From a virus: a DNA stretch of 64,000 bases. The stretch lies in the IMG/VR virus record IMGVR_UViG_3300021256_000098; one strand, 5' to 3'. The notes below the pieces were generated by a model, which worked only from the letters and a program-made list of their open reading frames with translations, did no database searches and was not told where the DNA came from. Below, piece by piece: positions 19,549-29,144 of the stretch. Numbering within the stretch: position 1 is the stretch's first letter; each line of letters opens with the position of its first letter. Made by a program: the position numbers and the translations under genes.

Positions 19549-19796
19549 CGCATTATTTTTATATACCTGCAACCCCTCAACCGCCGAACGGTTGCGAGAG
19601 TTAAATTTTGATCTATTAAATGTTAGAGGCGGTCAATATATATTCGTTTGTTCTCCTGATATGTATAGTTGTTATTCAAGTAATGAGTTAAGTGATATAT
19701 TATCAGAATTATATGTGACAAATAAATTGATACTCTAACTGCCTGATGGCAGTTTTATTATTTGATAGGAGGTGAGATATCATAGAAAAGATTCGT

Positions 19797-21326
19797 TTGA
19801 AGTCTTCACTTTCTAATTCGGTTTCTAATTTAACTGATATCAATGACTCTTTCGCTCTTGGAACATTGAATGTAGCTTACACCGGTGAAAATCGAAATCA
19901 GACTGCAATCTCCAAAGAGGCATTTGAAAAAAGTGCTTGGTCAGCCTTAAACTGTCCGATTGTTGCTAATTATGACTTCGAGACAAAAGAAATCGGTGGT
20001 CATGACACAATTTTATCATTGTCACCTAATGGAGCAAGTGTTATCAACCTCACCCAACCTGTCGGTGTTGTGCCTGAATCGGCGAAATTTTATTGGAAAT
20101 CAATTGAGGACAATGGCGTTGTGCATGACTATTTATGTATTGATAATGTTATATTATGGAAACGTCAACCATGTTATCAGAAACTTGTCGAGAATGGCAC
20201 AACCGCTCAGTCTATAGAAATTAGTGTTACTAATGGACAGTTAGATGATGGCATATTACATATCAACGAATTTCAGTTTGAAGCATTTTGTTTGTTAGAA
20301 CGCGATGAGCCGTGTTTTGAACAGGCTTCTTTGCAGTTATTTAGTAAGCAAGAATTTGCTGAACAGTGGCAACAGATGTTACAAGAATATGCACAAACCA
20401 CATTACCGGATTCCGAGAATGGAGGGAAATCAGTGGATTTAGAAAATACCGTAATTCAGGAAGTAGAAGATATAGCGGAGGAGACAGTAGTTGCCCCCGC
20501 AGATGATGGTGCACAAAATGATGTGGACGTAGCTGAACAGTCTGCGGACGAAGAGGTTGTAGCAACTTCTGAGGAAACATCTGAGGTGGAAACGACAGAA
20601 AATAAAACGTCTGATGGTGAACTGCCTGTCGATGACGAAACTGTTGAAAGCGAAGGAGCAGAAGTACTGGAGTCGTTTGCTTTAACTGCGGAACAAATTC
20701 GCTGCCAATTATTGCGAGAACTTGATGTTATGGGCAATCATTTTAGCTTGTATGATTACGATAATGAAAATGTCTATTTTTATGATTGTGAAGATGGACT
20801 GTTGTATGGATGTGCGTACCAGATCGTAGATGGACACGCGGTTATTAACTTAGAGACTAAAACTCGTAAGCAACTTGCTATTGTTGATGTAGAACAATCT
20901 GAGAGTCATTCTGTTTTGTCTGACTTAATCAATCATATGGTGGACGAGCAGGTTGGTAATTGCTCTGCTGCGTATGCAGATAAGATAGCTCAATTAGAAA
21001 CTCAGATTGGCGAATTAAATGCTACCATTAAAGAACTGACTGAGTTTAAGACACAGAAGTTGGCAGACGAGCGTGCATCTGCGGAGACGGCATTGTTTGA
21101 TCGTTTTGATGAACAACTGCAACGGTGTGATGCGTATACCGAATTAAAGCAACATGCAGCTGAGTATTCGCTCTCTGAATTAGAGACTCAGTGTTATGTA
21201 TTAGTAGCAAAGAAAGCTATGATGTTTTCAAAGGCACCTGTGTCTCGTAGAATACCCGTCGAGGGTGTTACAAATACGTCGGTAGATGCTTATGGTGGTT
21301 TACTGAACGATAAAAAACAAATTTAA
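19797..21326 (+). CDS. scaffold and/or prohead protease-like head protein with a highly acidic middle region and a coiled-coil C-terminus
   Basis: Position between portal and capsid; acidic low-complexity segment. Confidence 0.4.
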   Translation: MKSSLSNSVSNLTDINDSFALGTLNVAYTGENRNQTAISKEAFEKSAWSALNCPIVANYDFETKEIGGHDTILSLSPNGASVINLTQPVGVVPESAKFYWKSIEDNGVVHDYLCIDNVILWKRQPCYQKLVENGTTAQSIEISVTNGQLDDGILHINEFQFEAFCLLERDEPCFEQASLQLFSKQEFAEQWQQMLQEYAQTTLPDSENGGKSVDLENTVIQEVEDIAEETVVAPADDGAQNDVDVAEQSADEEVVATSEETSEVETTENKTSDGELPVDDETVESEGAEVLESFALTAEQIRCQLLRELDVMGNHFSLYDYDNENVYFYDCEDGLLYGCAYQIVDGHAVINLETKTRKQLAIVDVEQSESHSVLSDLINHMVDEQVGNCSAAYADKIAQLETQIGELNATIKELTEFKTQKLADERASAETALFDRFDEQLQRCDAYTELKQHAAEYSLSELETQCYVLVAKKAMMFSKAPVSRRIPVEGVTNTSVDAYGGLLNDKKQI

Positions 21327-21341
21327 GATGGAGGTAATATA

Positions 21342-21857
21342 ATGGCTAATTGTGTAGTTCGTACCGATCTTATGAGCGGTATTACAGATGCTTCTTGCCT
21401 TGAGCATGGTCGTTTCTATGGCTCTGACGGTAAGTTCGCAGAGATTCAAAATGGTTCGATTGTACAGGTAGGTGCTTTAGAGGAAAATGAGCGTGAGTCT
21501 CATAAATACACCGACGTTGCCGATGGTGCGACTTTAACGGATGTAGTGCTTATTGCTGAACCGGAGATGGGTAAGACTTATAGAAATCATGTTGATCTGA
21601 CTGAGTATATCAACGAGGCAGGCAAGTGTATCCGTGGTTATCGTCTGCACGCTTTTGATGAGTTTTCTGTAACCGCAGATGGTTTTAAGGACGCAACAGC
21701 AGCAAAGGTTGGTGCCTTTGTGTCGGTTGCTAAGAATGAGCACATTCTGACTGTTGGTGCTTCTAAGCCGTCCTCTGGTCTGTACATTGGTAAGATTGAG
21801 CATGTAGAGACTCGCGGAACTCTGACGTTCTATAACATCGCTGTTTACGCAAAGTAA
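21342..21857 (+). CDS. head decoration/scaffold-like protein (171 aa) with highly-expressed codon usage
   Basis: Strong RBS ggaggt. Codon bias (cgt/ggt/ctg) shared with the capsid gene. Confidence 0.4.
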   Translation: MANCVVRTDLMSGITDASCLEHGRFYGSDGKFAEIQNGSIVQVGALEENERESHKYTDVADGATLTDVVLIAEPEMGKTYRNHVDLTEYINEAGKCIRGYRLHAFDEFSVTADGFKDATAAKVGAFVSVAKNEHILTVGASKPSSGLYIGKIEHVETRGTLTFYNIAVYAK

Positions 21858-21881
21858 TTATAAGAGGAGGTTTTAATAATA

Positions 21882-22898
21882 ATGGCTAATACTAACGAGA
21901 TCGTAAGACTGGCTCTTGATAGCCGTCATGGTCGTGGTGATGCGACACATTATTCTGCGCATGACGTGCAAGACTCCCTGCGTTCTGCTCTGATTGACCT
22001 GAATGGTGGTTCTACGAAGTTGAATGCAAAGGCTATCCGCAATGGCAATGCTAATGAGATGTTTTCTGTTGCCGAAGAGGTTATCCAGCATGAGTTAAAT
22101 GATTATTGGACGAACAACGAGATTGTTAATCGTGTTGTTGAGCATCGCAATGCAGCTCTTGGCGATGACCTTGAGTTCTATGTACCGGACAATTCTCTGT
22201 TCGCAGTTGCTACTATTTCTGAGGGTAACACTGGTATTCGTCGCCAGCGTTTTACGAATGGCCAGTACGTTAATGTTCCGGTTGAACTGCGCGGTATTAA
22301 GATTTATGAGGATATGATTCGCGTACTGTCTGGCCGTGTTGATTTTAATGATATGATTGACAGAGCTATTGCATCTATGGCAAAGGACGGTTACGACCGC
22401 GCTATGAGTGCATGGGCTAAGATTTCTGCTACCGAGCTTGGCGACACTTATGTTCCGACCGTAACTGGCACATACGACGAGGACACTCTTCTGCGCCTGG
22501 TTGATGACGTCGAGGCTGAAACCGGTAAGAAGGCTGTTATTTACGGCACGAAGCGTGCTCTGCGCACCATTGCTCCGTCCGTTGAGATGGCAGCATCGTC
22601 TGCGAAGGAAGACCTGTATCAGATGGGTTACTTTGGTAAGTTCTATGGCACCGATTGTGTTGCTATGCAGCAGGCGCACAAGACCAATTCGACCGAAATG
22701 GTTCTTGATGACAAGACCTTGTTTGTTATGGCAGCAGATGACAAGCCGATCAAGCACGTTACTTATGGTGAAGGACTCATCCTGCAAAAGGATGCTATCG
22801 AGAATGCTGATCTTACCTACGAGTGGCTTTACACTGAACGCGATGGTTTTGGTGTTGTTGTCAGCGACGTATTTGGTAAGTACACGTTTGCGAACTAA
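21882..22898 (+). CDS. major capsid protein (candidate)
   Basis: 338 aa, RBS gaggaggt, pronounced high-expression codon bias, head-module position. Confidence 0.55.
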   Translation: MANTNEIVRLALDSRHGRGDATHYSAHDVQDSLRSALIDLNGGSTKLNAKAIRNGNANEMFSVAEEVIQHELNDYWTNNEIVNRVVEHRNAALGDDLEFYVPDNSLFAVATISEGNTGIRRQRFTNGQYVNVPVELRGIKIYEDMIRVLSGRVDFNDMIDRAIASMAKDGYDRAMSAWAKISATELGDTYVPTVTGTYDEDTLLRLVDDVEAETGKKAVIYGTKRALRTIAPSVEMAASSAKEDLYQMGYFGKFYGTDCVAMQQAHKTNSTEMVLDDKTLFVMAADDKPIKHVTYGEGLILQKDAIENADLTYEWLYTERDGFGVVVSDVFGKYTFAN

Positions 22899-22936
22899 TT
22901 TTATTTTTCCGTAGATTAAACGGGATTATTTTTTGA

Positions 22937-23509
22937 ATGAAAGGATTTAATATGGCAGAAACAAATACGAAGACTCGTAAAACGCAATCTGCAAAGGACA
23001 GCACCGAAAAAGCTACACGGAAACCGAGACACACCGCTCAACGTAGACAACAGATTAGTATTCCGCTTGATACTCAAATTTGCTGTGTGAGTGGTGTAGT
23101 TGGTAAGTTGATTTACGAAAGTAAACTGTTGCAAGGGCGTGTTTATGAATGGTCTGGATATGGCGATGAGCAGTATTTAGATTTAGCAGAATTACAGTCG
23201 ATGCGTAATGCGTATCCGGCATTCTTTACTCAAAACTGGATTTTAATTGACGATGAGGAAGTATTAAAGTTTTTGCGTATTGCGTCTTATTATCCGCACA
23301 TTCGTTCGATTGAAGATATTGAGGACGTGTTTGACGCTACGCCGAATGTAATTCGGGCAAGAGTATCGCCCTGTGGCAACACTCTGAAACACACAATTGC
23401 TTCTTTGGCACGCAAAAAATTGGCTAGTGGTGAGTTGGATTCTAATGCCGCCATTACAGCTCTTGAGGAATCGACCGGTGTAAGTATCCGAAATACGGCA
23501 TTGGGGTGA
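22937..23509 (+). CDS. hypothetical structural protein with a basic N-terminus (190 aa)
   Basis: ORF in the head-tail joining block. Confidence 0.45.
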   Translation: MKGFNMAETNTKTRKTQSAKDSTEKATRKPRHTAQRRQQISIPLDTQICCVSGVVGKLIYESKLLQGRVYEWSGYGDEQYLDLAELQSMRNAYPAFFTQNWILIDDEEVLKFLRIASYYPHIRSIEDIEDVFDATPNVIRARVSPCGNTLKHTIASLARKKLASGELDSNAAITALEESTGVSIRNTALG

Positions 23510-23513
23510 GTAT

Positions 23514-23954
23514 GTGGCTACCAGTTATACAACTATCATTGAGAGATTTCTTCCGACTGTGAAGGAATACTTATATGCTGATATTGATGAGGATGAACTC
23601 TACGAGTTAGTATGCCCTTATATTATAAGTGCTGCAACTCAATTCAACGATGCTTGCATTGTAGACCTTAATGATAGAGATGACGAAGCAAGAGAGTTCG
23701 TGAATGATTTATCTGACGAGGAAATTGATATTTTAGTTGATTTGATGCGTGTTGAGTGGCTTAAACATAAATTATATAATTCCGAGTTGTTGCGTAATGG
23801 TATGAGCACAAAGGATTATACTGTGTTCTCCCCCGCTAATCTGCAAAATCAAATTCGCATAACATATCAAGATGCACGCGAAGAAGCAAGAATGCGTTTA
23901 TATCAATACTCATACACTCACCCCCTCTCTAATAAACTGGGGGGAGTGACATGA
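23514..23954 (+). CDS. head-tail connector/adaptor-like protein (146 aa)
   Basis: Position and size only. Confidence 0.35.
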   Translation: MATSYTTIIERFLPTVKEYLYADIDEDELYELVCPYIISAATQFNDACIVDLNDRDDEAREFVNDLSDEEIDILVDLMRVEWLKHKLYNSELLRNGMSTKDYTVFSPANLQNQIRITYQDAREEARMRLYQYSYTHPLSNKLGGVT

Positions 23955-24262
23955 AATTAACATTTTCTTCGTCCGATGACCGAGCGTATGTACAAAGGTT
24001 GATTGGTAAAATTTATAAAATTTTGCCGATTTGTGAAACTAACCCGTCTACAAAGCAGGCTTATATTGAATCGTTAATGCGTGAATTACACGGTAGTTTA
24101 TATACTATTTCAAATGCGTATTATCGTGTTCAATGTATTACAGTCTTGAACACTCTCATGTATTTAAGTGTTGCAGATTACGATGCAGACATTTATCGAA
24201 GTGAGGTATTTAAGTGTCTCCATATCATTGAGTCTATCGGAGATGAGCTGAATGAATCTTAA
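23951..24262 (+). CDS. hypothetical (103 aa)
   Basis: ATGA overlap. Confidence 0.4.
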   Translation: MKLTFSSSDDRAYVQRLIGKIYKILPICETNPSTKQAYIESLMRELHGSLYTISNAYYRVQCITVLNTLMYLSVADYDADIYRSEVFKCLHIIESIGDELNES

Positions 24263-25226
24263 CACGTACCAGAAGATGCTGACTCATGATGGCGCGACAC
24301 GTAGAGAAAGGGCAGTTAATAAAATTCATCGTGATATTTACGATCTTGCTGTTGACAATCCTGCATATCACAAAGTTCTCATCAACGGAGAAGAAAGATA
24401 TGCGACTATTGTTTCATCTCTTGATCCGCATATTAAGAAGATTACTGCTATGCCGGGAGAGAGATTATCGGTAGGAAATCATGTGCGCTATTGCGATCAT
24501 GATTATTGGATTACAGCTTGTAGTGCAGATGATGGTATTTACGCATTTGGTGAAATGGTTTTGTGCAATGAGGTTGTTCGGTTCATTTCCCCTCTTGACC
24601 ATAAAACAATCTTAGAATATCCGACGTTGGTTACGAATACTACGAAGTTTAACACAGGTGAAACTCCTAATAAACGCTTGACTCTTCCGAGTGGTCAGTT
24701 TTCAATGCTGTTGCCGATCAACGAGCACACACTGTTGGTGGATAATAATTTCCGTTTCTTAATTGATAAAAGAAAGGATTACCCGTCTGCTTATCGCGTG
24801 ACTTATGTTGACCCGGAAACATACGGCTATGATGATGGCTTGTTGAGTTTGATTTTGTTGCAGTGCGAATTAAACCGCGGCACTGACAACATCGACCTTA
24901 TGATTGCAGACTATTGGAATCAAAAGGTAGATGACCCCCCTGCTCCTAAGATTTCACTGGATACTACTAAACCGACTATGCGTATAGGTTTGTCAAAGAC
25001 GTTTACGCCGATTTTAGAGGGAGATATTTTAACCCCGTTGTTATTTACTGTGACTATGATGGATGAGATTGCTCCGTATGTATCTTACGAAAAATCTGAT
25101 ACATCTATTACATTCACTGTACAAAACGATATGCGGTTGGTTGGCAATGTAGTGAATTTATCTATCACTGATGCAGATGGATATAACCAATACAAGACAT
25201 CAATTCAGATCCGAGGGGTGGTTTAA
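24252..25226 (+). CDS. hypothetical structural protein (324 aa)
   Basis: Overlapping start. Confidence 0.45.
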   Translation: MNLNTYQKMLTHDGATRRERAVNKIHRDIYDLAVDNPAYHKVLINGEERYATIVSSLDPHIKKITAMPGERLSVGNHVRYCDHDYWITACSADDGIYAFGEMVLCNEVVRFISPLDHKTILEYPTLVTNTTKFNTGETPNKRLTLPSGQFSMLLPINEHTLLVDNNFRFLIDKRKDYPSAYRVTYVDPETYGYDDGLLSLILLQCELNRGTDNIDLMIADYWNQKVDDPPAPKISLDTTKPTMRIGLSKTFTPILEGDILTPLLFTVTMMDEIAPYVSYEKSDTSITFTVQNDMRLVGNVVNLSITDADGYNQYKTSIQIRGVV

Positions 25227-25690
25227 TGGCTGGTTTGCATAGTAGCGTTATTCGCTATAAAAACAACGCAATTGCCGCGATCTTAAATGACCCTGAGATT
25301 GTTGCCGCATTAGAACCTGAGACAGATTCAATCGAGGATTTAATTGAACGCAACGTTTTTCCGTATTTTCGTGTGCCGAGGACGGACACTGAAACGCTTA
25401 CATATATCACCGTATGTATTGATTTGCCAGAAGAATATCATCCCCAAAATTTAATGCGTGATCTTATCTTGAAAATTTGTATTATTGTACATCAAGACGA
25501 GATGCACACAGACTTTGGTGCCACAAGATTAGATTATATTGCTGCGCAATTGGACGATATTTTTCTTGACAATCCAGAATATGGTTATGGACGTTTGCGT
25601 TTATTATCCAGTATTGAAAGTAGTCTGGATCAATTTCATCGTTATCGTGAGATTATGTATGTGACGAACGAGTCTCAGGTGAAGTGCTAA
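25226..25690 (+). CDS. hypothetical structural protein (154 aa)
   Basis: ATGG overlap. Confidence 0.45.
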   Translation: MAGLHSSVIRYKNNAIAAILNDPEIVAALEPETDSIEDLIERNVFPYFRVPRTDTETLTYITVCIDLPEEYHPQNLMRDLILKICIIVHQDEMHTDFGATRLDYIAAQLDDIFLDNPEYGYGRLRLLSSIESSLDQFHRYREIMYVTNESQVKC

Positions 25691-26427
25691 TGGACGAGCA
25701 CCGTCAATTATTTATTGATAAATTACAATACTATCGCGGCAACGATGTAAAAATTGATGATCTTATATTGCGCTGTCCGACTTTGGGCGAAGTATGTGAT
25801 TATGGCGATAATAGGTTTTTATCTATGGCGCACCATTTTTGCGCTATCCCCACAGATTATATGGATGAGTTGGACGCTGCCGGCATTCGTTATGAGGATT
25901 TAGATGAGTATGAATTTTTTATTACTAATATCTTCCCCTCTTTGGCAGACATGAATATTGGCATATTATTCCCGAACTTAAATATAACACAAATGCAATT
26001 AGCTGAAAATACGGAAACCAAAGAAATCCTACAGGTTGATTGGAGCACAGGGTTTCAATTCAATAAAGAAACGTACAACAAACTAATTCCGACGTTGCGT
26101 AATATTTTTGGTTTTGAATATGCACCTAAGATAGCAGGCACCGCGTTGACGAGAGAGAAAATGATAGAAGCTGCCCGTCAACAAAAATTGATGGCCAAAA
26201 ACAAGAGTCATGAATCGTTTTTGTTACCACTTATCTCAGCCTTAATAAATACGGCTGAGTTCAAATATAACCATCGAGAAGTATGGGATATGCCGTTTTT
26301 TGCATTTATGGACTCTGTTCGTAGAATTCAAGCGGTCAAGGTAGCCCATGAAATGTCTACTGGTGGTTACTTCGGATTGAAATTATCCGAAGTGAAAGAA
26401 TACTTAGATTGGATGCGTGATTTGTGA
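25684..26427 (+). CDS. hypothetical structural protein (247 aa)
   Basis: Overlapping start. Confidence 0.45.
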   Translation: MLMDEHRQLFIDKLQYYRGNDVKIDDLILRCPTLGEVCDYGDNRFLSMAHHFCAIPTDYMDELDAAGIRYEDLDEYEFFITNIFPSLADMNIGILFPNLNITQMQLAENTETKEILQVDWSTGFQFNKETYNKLIPTLRNIFGFEYAPKIAGTALTREKMIEAARQQKLMAKNKSHESFLLPLISALINTAEFKYNHREVWDMPFFAFMDSVRRIQAVKVAHEMSTGGYFGLKLSEVKEYLDWMRDL

Positions 26428-26462
26428 CGCATCTATTTTTTATGTTTGGAGGTTATTAAATA

Positions 26463-27239
26463 ATGGCTACTTTTTATAAAGACGACATTATTATCAATAT
26501 GATGCTGTCTGCCACGATGTTCAGTAAGTCTACCAACGAGGTTCTGTTCTCTGCGACGATGTTGGAAGAGCCGAGCCTTGAACTTGGCGGCGAGAAGGCA
26601 TACGTTACCGATAACTATGGCATGAACATTGCTGCATTCAATAGACAGAAGACTTGTACATTCTCTGCAACCAACTCTCTGTTTTCTCTTGGTATGTTAG
26701 CAAACCAGTTTGGTGCAACGCCGCAGACGGGTTCTGACATTCTGATTCCGGCTCGTGAAATCTTGAAGGTTGCAAGTGGCAATACTGTCAGTTTGAAGCA
26801 CGCGCCGCGTACCGGTTCTGTTTCTATTGATGTTCTGGACGATAGTCGTTCGTCTATTGGCGTTCGTCTGACTGAATCTGCTACTGGCTCTGGTGTTGCT
26901 GTTCAGGACAAGAAGGTTACTATTACGTCTGATGATGTAAAGGCAGGCACTCTGGTTGCTGTTCATTACACTTATGCAGGCGATGCAGTTCGTATTGCCA
27001 ACAAGACCGATAGCTTTACCGCTGCTGGCGAGTTCCGCATTGAAATTCTGTTCTGCGATAAGTGCGATCAGATGACTCAGTATTATGGTTTCTTAGTATT
27101 CCCGAATGCTGCCCTTGACAACAATGCTACCATCAACTTAACTTCTGATGGCAAGCACGCATTCTCTGTCGAGGCACTTGTTGACTATTGCTCTGAGGGT
27201 CAGGAGCTTTGCTACGTTGTAGTTCCGGACAGCAAGTAA
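26463..27239 (+). CDS. major tail (tube) protein (candidate)
   Basis: 258 aa, RBS ggaggt, high-expression codon bias like the capsid gene. Lies upstream of the chaperone-like genes and the tape measure. Confidence 0.5.
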   Translation: MATFYKDDIIINMMLSATMFSKSTNEVLFSATMLEEPSLELGGEKAYVTDNYGMNIAAFNRQKTCTFSATNSLFSLGMLANQFGATPQTGSDILIPAREILKVASGNTVSLKHAPRTGSVSIDVLDDSRSSIGVRLTESATGSGVAVQDKKVTITSDDVKAGTLVAVHYTYAGDAVRIANKTDSFTAAGEFRIEILFCDKCDQMTQYYGFLVFPNAALDNNATINLTSDGKHAFSVEALVDYCSEGQELCYVVVPDSK

Positions 27240-27240
27240 T

Positions 27241-27525
27241 ATGACTACGCGCATCTGTAAAATTTGCGGGAAAAAATATAAAGTATGTCCCTCATGTGAA
27301 GAAGTGCGAACTTTTGCACCGTGGCGCACGCTAGTTTGTTCGGTCGAGCATTATCAAGTGTTTACAATATTGTCTGAGCATATTTGTACTAAAGATTCAA
27401 AACAGGCCGCGCAATCGCTGCATAGACTGCATCTCACTAAAGATGAGATGATAAAGTTTACGCCAGCGGTTCAGAAATCAATTACTGATATTTATGCGGC
27501 TGCTAAAAGCGAAGCGAAAAAGTGA
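27241..27525 (+). CDS. small zinc-ribbon protein (CKICG...CPSC)
   Basis: 94 aa. Paralogous to the next micro-ORF. Confidence 0.45.
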   Translation: MTTRICKICGKKYKVCPSCEEVRTFAPWRTLVCSVEHYQVFTILSEHICTKDSKQAAQSLHRLHLTKDEMIKFTPAVQKSITDIYAAAKSEAKK

Positions 27526-27665
27526 TGACAATTAAAACATGTGAAGTATGTGGGACAAAGTATGAAGTGTGTGATACATGCCCGAAGGAAATTGTTTTCT
27601 TTTGGAAAAATTATGTTTGTAGCCCCGAATGCTTTATGATATATGCTCGTCAGCATTTGAATTAA
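27525..27665 (+). CDS. 46-aa zinc-ribbon micro-protein (CEVCG...CDTC), a paralog of the preceding gene, not in the ORF track
   Basis: TGATG overlap. Shares the CxxCGxKYxVCxxC signature. Confidence 0.4.
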   Translation: MTIKTCEVCGTKYEVCDTCPKEIVFFWKNYVCSPECFMIYARQHLN

Positions 27666-27671
27666 GGATAA

Positions 27672-27700
27672 AGGGGGAACGTAATGTTTCCCCTTTTTTC
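27672..27700 (+). terminator. intrinsic terminator (GGGGGAAC...GTTTCCCC + T6)
   Basis: GC stem followed by tttttt. Confidence 0.55.
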
Positions 27701-27714
27701 AGCGAATTTAAGGA

Positions 27715-28170
27715 GTGAATTTGGTGCCATCGAAATTTAACGTGTCTTCTGATGTTAGCAAACGTACATATGATGGCATCGTATACGATTCAGCCGTCGA
27801 GATGAAGTTTATGCGGGATTATTTGAAACCCAAATTAGAATCAGGTGAATTGGTATCTGTTGAAAGACAAGTTAAGTATGTCTTACAACCCGCTTTCCGC
27901 CGTGAGGATAAATTAGTTAGAGCTATAAATTATGTCGCTGATTTTGTAATCACATACCAAGATGGTCATGTGTCAGTAATTGATATCAAGGGTATGGCAG
28001 ATGCAACAGCATTATTAAAACGTAAGTTGTTTTGGTATACGTTTCCAGATGTAGATTATCAATGGATTTCGTATTCTAAAACAGACGGCGGTTGGATATC
28101 TTACGATACTCTCATACAAAAGCGCAAAGAGCGCAGACTAGAACGAAAGAAAAGGATGGAACATAAATGA
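27715..28170 (+). CDS. PD-(D/E)xK nuclease-fold protein (DUF1064-like)
   Basis: YVADFVI...VIDIKG motif. The true start is probably TTG/GTG at 27721/27724. Confidence 0.5.
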   Translation: MNLVPSKFNVSSDVSKRTYDGIVYDSAVEMKFMRDYLKPKLESGELVSVERQVKYVLQPAFRREDKLVRAINYVADFVITYQDGHVSVIDIKGMADATALLKRKLFWYTFPDVDYQWISYSKTDGGWISYDTLIQKRKERRLERKKRMEHK

Positions 28171-28691
28171 TCGAAACAAGTAAGTTGATGGAAGTATTGC
28201 CTGTTGACGATGTATATACTACAGAACGTGCATCAGTAAATATACAAGGTCGTACCTTAGAGTTTGAGGTTGCAAAGTTGTTACCTATCTCTTCGGTCAA
28301 CGATATATACGAAGATGTCTTATCTATGTGGTACGACAGCGAAGGTGGCTTTCGTTTTGTTATGGCAGAATATCTTTGGAGATATGTGATTATTCACGCT
28401 TACACGGATATTGATTTGCCGGAGAGTCTTGATGATGCTTATGCGTATTGTTACAGCGAGATATGGGATGCTGTGATTGATATTGTATCAGCAGATCAGT
28501 TGTTAGATTTACGCGCAGCATTAGATGCTGTAGTTGAGCAACGCGAATATCGTCAGCGGTCGAAACAACATATTACAGAGATTATGGACGATATCAACAT
28601 GATTTCTCAAGCAATGTTGAATGTTGACAATCTGCCGGAATGGTTGGCAGATAATTTAAGCGAAGACAAACATCCCTTAATTAAGGGCTGA
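28167..28691 (+). CDS. acidic protein (174 aa), possible tail assembly chaperone by position
   Basis: Acidic; upstream of the tape measure. Confidence 0.35.
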   Translation: MIETSKLMEVLPVDDVYTTERASVNIQGRTLEFEVAKLLPISSVNDIYEDVLSMWYDSEGGFRFVMAEYLWRYVIIHAYTDIDLPESLDDAYAYCYSEIWDAVIDIVSADQLLDLRAALDAVVEQREYRQRSKQHITEIMDDINMISQAMLNVDNLPEWLADNLSEDKHPLIKG

Positions 28692-28696
28692 TAGTT

Positions 28697-29125
28697 GTGC
28701 TTGTAACATGGGGAGAGGTCGAAAGACGCGCAAAAGCCGCCATAAAAACGTCAATTACAAATACTACAAAGTTCGCACAAAAGGCTGCTATAAGATCATA
28801 TGTCACCATGAAGCCAAGTTCTATTACTCATCATCAATTAGTTAGCCGTGCTGGATACTCTATGGCGGTATCTTCTACTGGTTTAGGATATATTGGCACA
28901 GTTATTCCTACAGCATCTCCGCATCAATCAATTGTTAATCCAGCCAAATATAAGGTTATTCCGGGAAGTTTAGCTTACTTGTATGAATATGGGCATCGTT
29001 ATAATTTAAGAACTCGTACTAAAGACCCTGCTTTTCCAGTTATTGCCAAAGTGCAAGCAGACGCAAATAATGAATTAAGAAAAGAGTTACTTACAAATTT
29101 CGCAGCAAAAGGATTCCGCTTATAA
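28697..29125 (+). CDS. hypothetical (142 aa)
   Basis: ORF immediately upstream of the tape measure. Confidence 0.4.
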   Translation: MLVTWGEVERRAKAAIKTSITNTTKFAQKAAIRSYVTMKPSSITHHQLVSRAGYSMAVSSTGLGYIGTVIPTASPHQSIVNPAKYKVIPGSLAYLYEYGHRYNLRTRTKDPAFPVIAKVQADANNELRKELLTNFAAKGFRL

Positions 29126-29144
29126 GAGTGTGGGGTGATCGCGG

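Noticed and set aside
19499-19738. 79-aa ORF overlapping the portal 3-prime end
   Set aside because: It has no convincing RBS at either candidate start and mostly overlaps the portal gene in another frame. It could be a small real gene from 19529, but there is not enough evidence.
22095-22787. 230-aa minus-strand ORF antisense inside the major capsid gene
   Set aside because: The plus-strand gene has an RBS, the expected position and strong codon bias. The antisense ORF is a consequence of biased codon usage.
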